A stretch of 64,000 nucleotides of DNA from Yuukianura sp. NJ FZ-2021 (Eukaryota). The stretch spans positions 5,270,001 to 5,334,000 of the forward strand of contig CM102283.1 of NCBI GenBank assembly GCA_046563655.1. The letters are read 5' to 3'. The notes under the pieces were generated by a model. That model searched no databases and was not told the DNA's origin. It saw only the letters and a program-made list of their open reading frames with translations. Positions within the stretch are counted from its first letter, which is position 1. Each line of letters opens with the position of its first letter. The position numbers and the translations under genes are program-made. Of the stretch, positions 1 to 20,100 are shown piece by piece.

Positions 1-80
1 CTTAATTAGTAACAATTTTCTGCGGTTAACTGTATCTGTAATCTTTCTTCTAGAGGAGGAGATGAGGTCTTTCCTCCCGT
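1..80. repeat. Diverged dispersed repeat fragment, second copy at ~33532-33612
   Basis: cttaattagtaacaattttctgcggttaactgtatctgtaatctttcttct... aligns by eye with cttaattaataacaatttttgcggtcaactgacaatctgtaatctctcttct... at 33532. Identity of the family is unknown. Confidence 0.5.
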
Positions 81-900
81 AAATTTTCCTTGACAACCGA
101 ATTTGTATTGCCTACAACTCCAGATTGTCGAATAATTCCGGGTTTCCAAAAATGTTGTTTTAAACTATTTTTTCTTCCATTTTTGTGTATGCTTTTTCCC
201 TTATTTTTTTTTTTCAAACTCTGAACACTTTAAGTCGCATAGGAATTTAAGAAATTGAGAAAAAAGGCAAAAATTGCCAAAGAAATGGAGGTGAAGTAAA
301 ACCGGTTTCGTTTTTGAAAATTTTGACAAAAAGTTGAAAGAACCCACGAGGGCAACTTGGTACATGTAGCTTTCGTTGTCTCTTTCTGACAGTTCGTGCA
401 TGCTTGCTTACCCTACGGGGTTTAGCATCCTCTATACTAAAATTAGTACCCGAGAAAAATACTTATATTAGTTTCCCAGACTTAAAGTTAGTAGCAATAA
501 ATTTGACAATTTTTCAGCTACTTTTCCATGTATTTTGAACACTAGTAGGTACAACTTGCGGTAGCCGAGGTACAAAGAAGGTTAAGTTAGGGTTATGGGC
601 ACAAATCTTGGTATCTAAATTTTGTGGCAAAACTAAATTCAAATGTCGTATTGTAGCATATTTTGTCGTGGCAAATTGTCATGTCAATTGAAATATACCT
701 ACTTAATACCTACCCGGTATTAAAAACTGAACACAAAACAAATTTTTCCACAGCAAGCTTCATAAGATTTTGATGAAGGGTGCAAGCGACTGATTGTCTC
801 AGTTAGTTGCTCTCTCCTGCCGTGGATGCTAGAATTCCACTAGCTTCCAGGGTGCAAGGTTCAACGACTGCGTGTGGCTCCTAATTTGAAAGAGTATATG

Positions 901-1939
901 TTATTATAATAGCGAAGCTATTATGATAAAAGTGGTTTGTCTGTCTGTCCGTCTGTCTGTCCGTCTGTCTGTCTGTCCGTCTGTCCGGATAAATTATCTC
1001 AGAAACTACTGGTCCGATTTGATTCCGGTTTTCACCAGTGACCATGCCATGACCCGGGCTTGGTCACTATTGAATATGACCCCCGGGTGTCAACTCCTTC
1101 CGGGTCAAAGGTCAAGGTCAACCGGTTTTATACCTGGTAACCCGGAAAATGACCTCTACAAAAGTTGTTCCTCTCATCGAGGGGAACAACTTTTGTGTGT
1201 AATGTGTGACCCTAGGTCACCTGCTTCCGGGTCAAAATGGATTTCAAAGGTCAGTTGTAATGCAAGTGTGGGTAAAAAAAACTCTGCTTGTGAGACAGGA
1301 AAGGCAATTGGCATGGGGCTTGGTTCTCTGCTTAGCAAAAAATCTATTACGCAGTTGACATATACACTTTACACACTCGTGCACTGTGTCCACCGGGTGT
1401 CACCTGTCACTTGCCAGGTGTCACCTGTCACCTGTTACTTGCCGGGTGTCACCTGTCACCTGTTACTTGCCGGGTGTCACCTGTCACCTGTTAATTGCCG
1501 GGTGTCACCTGTCACTTGCCGGGTGTCACCTGTCACGTGCCGCGTGTCACCTGTCACACTCACGTGTCACTTGCCGCGTGTCACCTGTCACCCTCACGTG
1601 TCACTTGCCGGGTGTCACCTGTCAAGCCTCAGCTGTCACGTCTCACCTGTCACCTGTCACGTCTCAGCTGTCACATCTCACCTGTCAACACCCCCTGGGG
1701 GGGGGGGCGGGAAAGTGGGGGGAACACACCCCCACGCCTCCTGGGATGCGGAGCAAAAGAAGCGGGAAAACACAACCCCAACTCCCCTGGCGGGGCGGGA
1801 AAGTTGGGGGAACACACCCCCGCTCACTCTTGGAGGAGGGGGTTCAGGTTAAATCACACAGAAGGGGGCTTCAGTGTGATTTACAAAACTTCCCTATTCT
1901 TCGCTATTATCATTATGGGCGGTTTACAACCGGTTTATT
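901..1939 (+). mobile_element. Non-autonomous Helentron-associated element (HINE / DINE-1-like) with central tandem repeats
   Basis: 5' subterminal repeat ataatagcgaag (906-917) lies within the hairpin ataatagc-gaa-gctattat. Its exact reverse complement cttcgctattat is at 1899-1910. A (GTCY)n microsatellite spans 938-986, an internal palindrome 1158-1196, and central tandem repeats follow. The 3' stem-loop cggtt-tac-aaccg (1920-1932) is followed by a T-rich end. Confidence 0.8.
1388..1688. repeat. Minisatellite of ctgtcac / ttgccgggtgtcac units (7-bp base period) inside the HINE
   Basis: Directly visible tandem gtcacctgtcacttgccgggt repeats, which explain three overlapping repetitive ORFs. 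Confidence 0.9.
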
Positions 1940-4434
1940 GAATTCTGCACTACGTCCATTGTTTCATTGAGAGTGTTAGGTTTGGTGAGAGCAGGGTGTG
2001 GTGTGGATGTGGAGGCTGAGGATCTGTATGAGGAAGCGAAAAGCGTCTTCCATGACTTTTCGTGCGTGTTGTAGAGAGTTTGAGTTTTGGATGGCGTCTT
2101 GATGTGTGGAATTCCCGAAGTTAAAGGTTTTGGAAGAGCGGCTGGGTTAAGGTCAGAGGTTTCCACGAGGAATGGTAACTGGATGACCTGTTCTAGTTGG
2201 CACACGAGAATGTTGACTCTCCGTTTCTCAGATTAGCATGGCCTCTGTGCAGTCTAAATTTTGTATAACCTAAATGGGATAATTAAAGCGAAAAATAGAT
2301 TTTCAATGGAGGACCACGTAGAAACTAAAGCGTAAAAAATGGCTTCTATATTCCTGTTTTACACTCAGATTATAATCGTATAATCGTAACGATACACTGT
2401 TGTAATTTGCCCTAAGCGCATTACCCGCGGATACTTATACATAATTATAAGTATCTTGTATTTTGTATACAAAGTTAGGTATCCTGGACACCGAGGGTAC
2501 CAAGGTACAAAGGTACCAAAGTATCCTTCCCGGATATCAAGTTTATCACAGAACAGAATGTTAAACCCGTTGCCATTGGGGTGAGGTGGTGAGCAGAAGC
2601 ATGAACTGTCTGAGGTGATGTGAAAGTGTTTTTGACAGCAAGAAGGGCAATGGTTACAAGGTCAAAGGCCAAATCGAATAAATTAGTAATTGCCTAATTC
2701 TTTGTACTCGAAAGTTCATTCTGGAAAGAAATGAACACGAACGCTGAATCAGATAAAAACTCGTTTGCCACGAAAGTTCATTCTCCTTATAACCCTTGCT
2801 TACGTGTAAGCATGACAGGGTATTAAGCCATATACGATGGACAAAAAAAGTTAAGCGCAGGCACCAAGTGGCAAGTGATTGGCCGAAGTGGTTTGGTGGA
2901 GTATGGCTGAACTGGCTATTTTGCAATAGATGGTTGGAAAGTGAAAAATTTTGTAGCTTTAAGAACGTACCTACAAAAACCTGAAGAATTTACACTTTTT
3001 TGAAATCCTGAAGAAGGAGAAGTACTAGTAATGCAAATAAACTTGAAATAAAATGTTAAACAGCCGGTTCTTTTTATGTTAGGTCTTGTAAAGAACTAAA
3101 CCTGTTTTAGAACAGTATTTAAAAGCAAATCAAGCATGTTGTTTGAATTCAATGAAAAAACACTAAAATTTCGTTGGTACCGAAAAACATGGGGTCATCT
3201 TTTTGAAAGTAAAATAGAAGCTTATCAGTTAGAAAAACTTGAAAACAAATGGGGTAGTTTTAATTGTTGAAAACTTGAAATTCAAGTGCAGAACCTTTAT
3301 TGAAAAGGGGAAGATGGCGATGGCAGGAGTTCTGTATAACTTATTGTCGCGACACTTCGTCGCATTGGGAAAGCGAGCTTTGAATTGAAATGTAAATCTG
3401 CGTTTCATTTTTTTTTTGCATATTGATTAACTTAACTAAAGAAGAATCTAGTCCTTGTTTAAGGGTAATTGTACCAATTGCAACAAGATGAGCTAAGCTT
3501 GAGTTTCGTACAAAAAGAAACTTCAGAAACGATTCAAACCATTTAAATTGAAATGGTACTGAGGAAATCTAAGGTCAGAGTTCACAAGCCATGAGATCCA
3601 CCTTGTAAATGATAATTCAGAGTGCTTGGCACAAACCTGACGCATTGAAAGGCATGAAAACAGAAATCAACTATTGACTCAAGAGTAATACTTTTCTTCA
3701 AAGCTGGCTCATTTTTTATACATAAAATGGCAACGTTGACACAGTTCTGTTGACATAAACAGAAAAAGTGGCAAAAATAACAACCAAATTGCCCAATGAG
3801 CAACATAGGGCATTTGGTTGTTATTAGTAGGCATTTGGTGATTCTAACTAAAACCAACATATTATGTGATTTGCAAAACTGCAAAAACAATTCTTAGAAA
3901 CGAACATGACCAATTAGTAGTGCGGTGTTTCGAACAATGGAGACAGGCATGGGCTTCTTGAGTATAATACAAAAACTGACATCGCAGAAACATGTTTTAA
4001 TCCCGCCAACATAGTATTAATTGAAAGTGCGGAGTCTTCACTTTTTGCACTTCTTAATTTGCAACACTTCTGCACTGGGTTATGCAAATCTGCTTAAATC
4101 TTTGATGTAACATTGACTGTACTGTAACATTATAACATTAATATACGCGGAATGGTTGAATTTCTGGATACATTTGGATCTGTTTTTGAATCACTTCAAC
4201 CTAAGCAGTTTCTAAGAGCGACACCCGAAAAATTACAATCAACAACTGCACATTAAAAAAAAATGAACTATAACTTCCATCACCGTTTGGTTTTGTGTTT
4301 AGCTAAAAAAGTTCCAGTTCTCCAATCAGGGAAAGCGCTGAAAACAAAATTAACTAAACGCGCTAAGATCTTGATTTTTTCTTGTGATTAAGAAATTCGA
4401 TCAAGATTTCAATTGAGCTTTTTTTAATTTAAAG

Positions 4435-10912
<6,478 letters not shown>

Positions 10913-11102
10913 AAAATTCCTTCACATCATTCAAGTCGGGCCGAGAAACGTGCCAAAGTCTCAATTAGTGTTACTATTTATGTAGTAGATACATGTTACG
11001 ACCAAAACCCGAAGTCGTCGTAACATATAAACCTCTATAGTCAAAAACCAGTGGAATTATTTTATCATAAAACGCTACCGTACTTGCACGTAATATATGG
11101 CC

Positions 11103-11305
11103 CAAGGTTTCTTGACAACCGAATTATATTTTCTGCAACAGGTTGTCCAATAACTCAGCGTTTTCAAATATCTTGCTCCAAACAACTTTTAGCACCAATT
11201 TAGCATCAATCTTATTTACATTACACGGAAAAAATACAAACTTTAAAACTTCGAGTTATTGGAAAACCTGGTGTAGAAAAGTTTTTTTTTTGTTTACAAA
11301 CCTTG
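11103..11305. mobile_element. CAAGG-ended MITE (P- or hAT-type, 8-bp TSD)
   Basis: Ends caaggttt...aaaccttg. Flanks atatggcc / atatgact match at 6/8. Related to copies at 29341, 43379, 35034 and a partial one at ~89-190. Confidence 0.7.
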
Positions 11306-11732
11306 ATATGACTCAATAAACAAAAACGATGTAATAAGTCAACCACAATTTACAAAAGTAGGAAAACCTTAACAGAATTTGCCAAATTGTCGCCGAAAAC
11401 GACTGCGTACACCAGAAGATATCGTTGAAATGGTGAAGCAGTTTATGAGATACACACAAAAGAAACAAAAAAAAATTCTGAATGTCGACTCTAAACTCCA
11501 TGTCATTTGTCCGAGTCATGCCAAAAGTGATCTACTCTTTTACGGGTTTACTTCCATTAGGCTAAAAAAATTATAATAAAAATCGCGGATGACGATGACC
11601 TTTGACCCAGAAAAATTTCACAGATCGAAATCCTATTCAACAGTGGTACGGACCTCAAACATCCAACAAAGTTAATAGTACATTTTGTAGAGTTTTATTT
11701 TGCAACCATAGAAATTTGAAATGTTCCTAGAT

Positions 11733-13275
11733 TCACTTTTTAATGGCAGTTCCCAAATAGTGAGGCGCGACCAAGTTGGATACTGGGTTGAACCAAGCCT
11801 TGTTTGCAATGATGACGCGACCATTCAGAGTCCCTTCAAAAACTTTGGAATCCTGAAATATTTTCGGTACATCCCGAAATTTGCAACCGCAAAAATAAAT
11901 GCCCCAAATGTTTGTCCAGGTTAGAAAGGACTGGATGCGACGATAGACTGGTGACTTGTCAACACAATGTTCAACGAAGTAGTACTTCCCTCCCTGTCCA
12001 AATTTTCATGTTTAACTTTATGTACATAGGTTTTACATAAACGAGTTCTCACCGGAACAAGCACTCTATGGATTTCTTGGAGGACTTTGAAAGAATCATT
12101 GACGGAACAGTGGATGTGGCAAGTGACGACTATGTCCACACTCTCGGACGGAATTTCTGACATGTTCTCTCCGTAACAGATGTAGTGGCCCGTGTGACGA
12201 ATGCCTGGGTACTAAAACGATAGAAAAAAGTGTCATAATTTTTATAAAAAGTGGGGGAAACGCAATTCTGGTTTCCAATATTTGACTTGTGAAGTTTGAG
12301 GAGTTTTCTACTGTATCCGACAAACCTTTTTCAAGTTTTCTTTTAGTGGAGCGGCGAAACTGCCGTTGGGGTCTACCGTTACAAGGTCGGTTCCATCAGG
12401 ATAGTACTGGAAATTGCTTCCTAAAAAAATAAACGTAAGACGTGAGCAAATATTTTTTCGTCCGGAACTTTGAATATGCTTTTCTATTTCAGCTTTTATG
12501 CTTTGGCCTCCAGTCAGAAGATATTAATTACTATCTCCACTTTTAAAATTTCGGGGATACTGTCGATAGTGTAAGAACTTTTTTAACGTATGAAGTTAAA
12601 TTGTATTTTACCACATCCAACTCCAATTTCCAGTAACTTGAGTGGCTGTCCTTCCTTCTTGTCCAATTTTAAACCACTAAACAATTCTGTTTTGAGAGGC
12701 TGGCTGAAGGGAGTGTAGACCACTGAGAAGAACTCAAGAAATATTGCAAAAAGCCTAGAAAACAGTTTAAAATTAGGCTTGTGCAGAATTCAACAGCTCC
12801 AATTAATATGGTCGACAAAATTTGGTCACAAAGTGAGAAGGCCAAACAAGAAAACCTAGCCTAATGCCTAACCAAACATATCTATAATAGTCTACTATTT
12901 GTAACTGCTTGACTTTTCACTTTTTGACCAAATTTCCACCATTTCACTTCCTATGGAACTCCACGATTGAAACTTTATCGCGATAAATTAAATGCATAAA
13001 TTGACTAAAAAATTGAATATCCTCCCCATTGTTTTCAGGCATAACACTGAATACCAAGATGGAAACCTGAGTTGGTAAACAATTTCTCAGCAAATGTATA
13101 CGCCCACATATCATTCCTGTTAGCAATCAATCCTGACTTACCAGTCCCGCATGCCTTCTCCGAGAGATCCAAAAAGAAAAGTTGGTGGAACCAAGATGAA
13201 ATGGAGCGGAAGATAGAATTTCCCGTAACAACTGCGTCCAAATTGGCAGACGCCTTGCCACCAATTAGCTACCAT
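11733..13275 (-). CDS. METTL7/TMT1-like SAM-dependent (thiol) methyltransferase, 5 exons
   Basis: Spliced translation MVANWWQG...PLHFILVPP...WLFAIFLEFFSVVY...KTELFSGL...LLEIGVGCGSNFQYYPDG...VDPN...SESVDIVV...LQEIHRVLVPGGKYYFVEH...APHYLGTAIKK*. The hydrophobic N-terminus and motif I match the METTL7A/B family. Confidence 0.85.
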
Positions 13276-14704
13276 TTTGCGTAGTTATCGATGCGTTCAG
13301 TAATGGCTAGTCCTGTACAGAGTGCAAATTCAAATTCCATTGTGAAGAAAAAATCCTAGTTAAATTTATTTAAATAATTACATTGTTTTCAAAATAATAA
13401 TTATTAAAAACAATTAACTGCTAATTATAATTAAAATTATAACACAAATCGTGTTCTATACAATGACAACTTACTATCTAATCTCGACATTAGCTGCCCT
13501 TTGCCTCCTCCTTGGTTGGTTGCTGGAACTTAACTGCAGAAGGGCAAAACTCCGCTCTCAAAAAGAATTGAATAAGGATTCTTTAGACAGCCTTTATGAA
13601 AGTATTCCAACTTTGTACCGTCGGTATCATTCACACAACCATCTCTTTAACTAATCTTCATTTTTAAACCAAAGAGGAAGAGTCATGAGGTCAACGCGGT
13701 CTGGTCTTAGAATCTAGGGATTGAAATTCGCCCACTTTTGAAAAATTCGAATTCGAGTTTTTTAGAACTTTTGGTGGCACACAGCTTCGAACTGAAATTC
13801 GAAGTTTTAATTTCCAATTCAAAATTGGCTAACCTGTAAAAACAGTGAATAAAAAACTTGCAATTTTTGTTCATTTTTGTGATATGTGCAATGTTTAAAT
13901 TGATATGGTTCACAAGTCAAGTTAGTAATTAAAAAAAATCGTTGAAAAAATTGCTACGTCACGATTTAAACCCATTTCATTTAAGAAACAATAAGAATAT
14001 GAAAGCATCTTGCTGGTTCAGGAAAGTGTGTTTGTCAAATAAGAAAAACAGTTAAATAATTTGAACAAACTCCTAATTTTGACGTGAACGTTAGAAGTAA
14101 ATCGTTTACAATTTCTGTAAGTTTCGTGATTGTAACATATTTTTATTGTCCGAATGTGTTCAAAATATTCGTCTCGCCTCAACTTCCAAATTCGGATGCG
14201 GAGTTTTTTTTTTAAATTGAAATTCGAAAGGAAAAAAAAATAATTTCGATTCGATTCGACGGGTAGCATGTGATTGACTGACGAATACAACCTATGGTCT
14301 TGTTCTAAGGATGGCTTGCTTTTTTTTGTAATTCTGACACTTGTAAGCTTAGCTTCAGTCAAAAAGGAATCCGATCAAACCAGTTTGAAAAGCAAACGTG
14401 TCATCAGTCTCATAATTCCTTAGAACGGAAACCCATTGAAAATTATCAGATTTTTTTAAACGGAAGAAATTTTTAAATTCCAAAAAGTGTCTAAAACTCC
14501 ATATTTTTTTCGGTAAAACTTAAATATACTTACACTATTTTACAAAATTAGCAATTTGTGTACAGAGATTCAGAACATCAAAGAGTATGACGTCATCTCA
14601 TCACGCAGTTGTCACACATAAATTGTTGCAAAAAATGTCCCGTTTATACTAATTTGTTCTAAATTTGTTTACAGGTCATATCCTAAAGAATTCAGAACAG
14701 CACA

Positions 14705-15721
14705 ATGGCTTTATTTACACCGAAAGATGAGCTCGAAACGCTGATACTCAGTCCTTATTTGGTTCAAGGGATTTACGTCATTGCAAAACTCGGAATTCCG
14801 GATCATCTCGAATCCGGACCGAAGTCAACCTTGGAGCTGGCTGCACTTACGGGTACACACGAGCCGAGTCTGTACCAAATGCTACGCACGTTGACCGTTA
14901 TTGGGATCCTCCGAGAGTCGTCACCAAAATTCTTTGAGCTGACTCCACTTTCTGAGCATTTACGTTCCAACCATCCCCGCTCCGTCCGGAATTTTGCACT
15001 GTATCTACAAATGGACGGTTGCCAAGGCTTTCGAGCTCAGCTTGAAAATGCCGTTCGAACGGGCACTTCTGCCTCCGAGCTTGCTCATGGACAACACTAC
15101 TACAAATATCTCGAAACCCACGCTGAAGAGCGGGATACATTCTACAAGCACTTGAATTCTTTGAGCTCAGGCGACACCCGGATATTCTTAGACACTTTGG
15201 ATGTTACCGGTGTTAAAACGCTCGTGGACATTGGCGGTGGGACGGGCGTTCTGACCGAAGCTATTCTCACTGAACATCCATCAATCCAAAGAGGCATAAT
15301 TTTTGAGCTGGGCGCTGCTCTTGCCGCACGAAAGTCCATTCATGGGAAGTCGGCGGCGCTTGGGCGAATGGAATGGGTGGATGGAGATTTGTTCAAGGAC
15401 GAAGTCCCCTCTGGGGGCGACTTATATTTGATTCGATACGTTCTTCACGTCTTCCAAGATGACAAGGCCCTGCTCATTCTAAAAAATATCCGAAGAGCAA
15501 TGAGCGGCAATAGCCGATTGGTCATCGTGGAGCAAGTTTTGGTGTCCAACGATCCGTCGAGTTGGGGAAGCTATTTGGACGCCTTCATGCTGGGAATCCA
15601 TGGGAAAGAAAGAACCAAAGAAGAGTTTACTCAACTGCTGGGCCAAGCAGGGTTTCCCGAGCCTACTTTCATTCCTGTGCCCGGATGTACTTGCTACTTA
15701 ATTGAGTCTAGGTTGGGCTAG
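14705..15721 (+). CDS. Class II small-molecule O-methyltransferase (Methyltransf_2 plus dimerisation domain), intronless CDS, microbial type
   Basis: 338-aa ORF with N-terminal dimerisation HTH (LGIPDHLESGPKSTLELAALTGTHEPSLYQMLRTL), motif I LVDIGGGTG, GDLF, RYVLHVFQDD and GKERTKEEF. A splice-acceptor-like ttgtttacag ends at 14674 in the 5' flank. Confidence 0.9.
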   Translation: MALFTPKDELETLILSPYLVQGIYVIAKLGIPDHLESGPKSTLELAALTGTHEPSLYQMLRTLTVIGILRESSPKFFELTPLSEHLRSNHPRSVRNFALYLQMDGCQGFRAQLENAVRTGTSASELAHGQHYYKYLETHAEERDTFYKHLNSLSSGDTRIFLDTLDVTGVKTLVDIGGGTGVLTEAILTEHPSIQRGIIFELGAALAARKSIHGKSAALGRMEWVDGDLFKDEVPSGGDLYLIRYVLHVFQDDKALLILKNIRRAMSGNSRLVIVEQVLVSNDPSSWGSYLDAFMLGIHGKERTKEEFTQLLGQAGFPEPTFIPVPGCTCYLIESRLG

Positions 15722-17194
15722 TTTCCTAATGGTTGACAAACGTAGAATAAAAATGACTCTGTTTTGTGTGACATGGGAACATTACACTGCATAACATTGC
15801 ACTGATTTATTAAAATAATTTTAAACTGTATTTGGAATGTTTTTTGTGCGATTAGCTTGACTGATTTAAATTTAAAATATTCTCCCAGGGCCCCTTTAAA
15901 TATTAACATTATTCAAAAAACTGACTGTCCAAACTTCATCTTGCTTATCCAAAACAATTTCAAGGCTCTGAACTCGAATGAGATTTTTTTTCCAAAAGTA
16001 ATAAAATCAGAAAGGTAAGAGGCGGTAAGTTATTCCTTTTTTATTGCAAGGAATTTGTACTTTTAGTCACATTCGGCAGTGATTTATGTAACTGTTGAAT
16101 GAATTCCAGGTTTGGGTAAAACCTGTTCAACAATCAAAATCTTTACTGAATATTCATTAGGGACATACAATCATATATGAATCCAGTTTTGAAAACGATT
16201 TTTTTGACGATTTCATTTAACTTCATTAAATGTGTTCTTAATGAAAAATTTGAATCCAGCAGTGGTCCGATTTGGTCGAACAACTTACCGTATTGAAAAA
16301 TCACTACGAAAACTCAAAGAGCGCTGCATCATGAGTGGTTAACTTGCAACTGTCTGATAAGGTGTTAAAATTTGCTCCTGCAACTTGTCCATAGAGAGTG
16401 ACAAATGAACTTGAAAATTTTCTTTAATTTAATCATGTTTTAATAAAAGTGGTTTTAAATAATTATTAAATTCGTAACTCAATTAATTTATATACCTAAT
16501 TAAGTTAAAACTCAATTTCTTTGCCTGATAGGTTCATATGTATTATAAAAAAAGATTTCATGGGCTGTTTGCGTGAAGCTTCAAGATAATTTCGAAAGTC
16601 AAAAATTATCAATTCTATTCAGAGTTCTTTTTTAAAGGGGCAAAGCCGCTAATTCATGGATTTCTTGCGGTTTTAAATAAAATTGCGTAACAGTGATAAA
16701 TTAACTCAAGTTTCCAAAGGCGAGGCTACAAAACCCTATCTAAACGATATTTCGACTAGACATTGAACCTCGTACGTTATAAAATTCAAGTCAATTGAAA
16801 CTCATGAGCTATCAGAAGTCAAAGGTCAGACATCGTCATCTTTGATTACCGCATGATGCGTACAGCGGCGAAAGGAAAGAGATGATTAGCGAATCAAAGA
16901 TGAGACGAATTATGAAATACAACGATGAAACAAAATAATAAGATTGATTGGAAGTTTAAGGAAAATTTCTCAATTCTCAATTTAAACATACTGGAAAAGA
17001 AATTCAACTTTTCACTAAATATAGATTCAAAAACTCAGTACTTGAGAAACAAAATTTTATTGACATCTACTATGCGATTTTTTAAAATGAAATATCAGTT
17101 TTTATACTACGAGAATATTTCAATTTCATCACCAGATTTGAGTTTGAGTTGAGCTGAAATTTACTGGAAAATTTCATTTTTTGCTCAAATTGAT

Positions 17195-20100
17195 TCATAA
17201 AGTTCTTTCCTTCATGACTACGGTAGAGTTGATGGGAGTCATGGCAACTCCTTGTTTTGATTCCAACGTAGGCTTTTTTGCCCCATTTGGCACGATTACT
17301 TCAAAATTTTGTGCTACATTGGCCACGAAGAGGAAGAGAGTGTCCCTGGCTAGGGTTTCTGCCAAACATGCCCGTCGCCCGGTAGAAAATGGCATGAGGG
17401 CTTCATGACGAACAACCGTGGACTCATCAGGACTTAGGAACCGTTCGGGACGGAATTCCTCTACGTCTGGGCCCCATACTTGTGGATCATGGTGGTTAGC
17501 ATGGGTGTTACCATAGATAATTGTTCCTTTGGGAATAGTGTAACCGTGGAATTGCACATCCTCCAATGCTGAATGGGAAACGGACATGGGTACGATGGAT
17601 GAGAGCCGAAAGGTTTCCAATATCACGGCTTCCGTAAAAGGCAAACTAGAACATACACAACAATTGAATGCGTTTTGAAACATTTGAAGTCTGTTGCTAC
17701 TACAAACAAATACATGTTTGAATTTTCTAGGAGTTGGTGTAGTACATAGAAAATAAGTTTCTCAAAACATTTTGGATTTCTTATCGCTAATTTTTAGATT
17801 TTGTCATATTTCTCCTTCTTTAGGTGAATATTTTGATTTTTTTATAAGGAAGAAATCCGACTCATTTTGAGAACTTTTTACAATTTGCATTGCGATGCAA
17901 GTGAAATTGTTTAAAATTTAGTTGGCAAGATTGAGTATTTGTACTATAATTCCATTTACCATTTTCGATCTTTCAAACTGACGTGCCGAGTTCTACCTAC
18001 AACGCGGTCCAATTCTTCATGAAGCTTTTTTTGCACACGCGGATTGTGCAGTAGGAAAAGGTTCACCCATACGATTGTCACCGAAGTCGTGTCCGTTCCC
18101 GCCACAAACAAATCGTGCATCACGGCCATTAAGGATTCCTCTGTTCAAAATATTCCAGTATATTAATTTTTATATAATGTGTACAATGTATTTATGCATC
18201 ATACATTTGCAAGCGTATATCCGTATACGCGTATGTATCTAGCTATGTATACAGTAAAAAGCACGAAAGCCTGCACACTTCAAACGTAGTTTTTTGTTTG
18301 TTTTGCTAAATTATGCGGGGAAAATCGGTTCATGACAAAACCCACAATGAGAATTTTGCGTCAGATTTAGCGTTTTCAACAAAAGTTACGTTTTCGCCTC
18401 CACAATTTTAGCTGTTACCAGGGAAACAAATTTGAGGTGTGCAGGTTTTCGTGCCCCTCACTGTATATGTATTTGCAAGTGTATACCCGTATACGCGTAT
18501 GCATCTAGGTATGTATATATGTATACATGTGTATATACCTTGTATATATACATAAAAGGCATATATGTATATACCTTGTATATAGGTATGTATGCGAATG
18601 AACAGTGAGTGGCAGTTAAAACAGTACACCCCTATTTTGTTTCCGTAGAAACAAGTTGAAAATTAAGTAACCACAGGGGAAAGGTAACTCAAAATGTGGA
18701 ACTTTAGTTACTATAATTCCTTAAAATAGAATTTTTGGAAATCGCGTAATTTCACTGATTACCCCTCACAGTTGCGAAACTTAGGTAGGTTAACGAAGTA
18801 ATCAACTCGATCGCGGTTAGATACCAATGAACCTACGTTGTCGCTTTGTGAATACCTCCAAATTTAGAATGAAAACTTGATTTGACATTCGTTGTTGCCT
18901 TAGTTTCTTGTAGGTAGACATCCACAAAGTCACGAGGAGCGTCTTCTTGAAGTGTTTTCTTGTGTTCTCCAATGATTTGTCTAAACATTTGAAGGCGTGG
19001 GACTTTACTGGCAACGAGTTGAGTCCAGCCACTCCAATTTGGAAAAAGTTTTCCGATTGTGGGATAAAATAAAATGAAAAACGTCTTATAAGATGTAAAC
19101 TCGAGGAGAATCCTAGTCGATCTGAAAAATTGTGAAATTGTGTACTACTCTTGCTGTTAATTAAAACTACATTAAGGATTTTCCAAAAATATAGGAATGA
19201 ATTTAGAACATGAATTCAAAAAGAATTGTATGGCTACCTTGACATTTCATCCAAGATTTTATGCAGCTTCGCATCGTCATGATCGAATCGTTCTCCAGTC
19301 ACAATTCTCCAGAGTGAATTTACCACAGCCAATGATAGTCGATCTTGAAGATTGACTTGGCTTCCGTTTTTCCGTTTAAGCCAATCCATGAATTCGTTCA
19401 CTTCGTCCATAATCAATTCCTCCATTGAACTTTTTCCAAATCCAAAATCCCGTAAATGCCGAAGTGCGAACCGCCTCTGTTCATTCCAAATACTTCCAAC
19501 TGCCGAAATGATCCCATTGTTTTCTCCAAAAATAAAACTTCTCCCTTCAGATTGTATTCTCCCAGAAAACGCAGGTTCATTAAACGCTTCCTTAATTAGT
19601 TTTGTCCCATGGACACATATAGCACTGAGAAAAAAATTCACCAAACAAAACACATTTTTAGAACAGAAGTCATCATAATAGTATGCGAGGGGAATCTATT
19701 AGGAATTAAAAGCAGTAACCGATAAATGCGAAAAATTTTATTATCGTGTTTTCAATTGTAGAATAAAGTTAGGCATCAACTTAAATAGCCGTGATAGCTT
19801 TAGCATTAAATGCTCATTGTTATTTTAACAAAAAAGTCATTAAAAAGCAAACATATGAGCAACTTTATCTTTTTTCCTGAGTTTGTCTGCTTGTCCTGTC
19901 CGTCTGCTGGTCAACTGTGGAACTACTTCATCGATTCTAAATCTGACTTCCCGCATAAACGTTACATTTCCAGGGGTGAATAATCGGTGTTTGGTTTGAC
20001 CGGAAGTGGACAACTTCCGGGTCAAAGGTCAAGGTCAAGTTCTATTTTTTGCGGAAATCGGAAAAATGACCTCTACAAAAGTTGTTCATCTAATGAAGGT

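Noticed and set aside
1388-1688. Possible CRISPR-like array (also 41447-41583)
   Set aside because: Contiguous tandem units with no unique spacers, no cas genes, and a eukaryotic context.
923-1970. Long Cys/His-rich ORFs (309, 194 and 148 aa)
   Set aside because: They are open in all three frames only because the 7-bp-period minisatellite and GTCY tract of the HINE lack stop codons. There is no evidence they are genes.
1924-2205. Ser/Thr/Pro-rich minus-strand ORF next to the HINE
   Set aside because: No recognisable domain. It may be a retroelement ORF1 remnant, but I cannot support that.
3937-4434. Candidate first exon(s) of the ABCC gene
   Set aside because: The ATG at 3937 hits an early stop, and 4303-4383 cannot be joined unambiguously in frame to exon 4435. 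Left unresolved.
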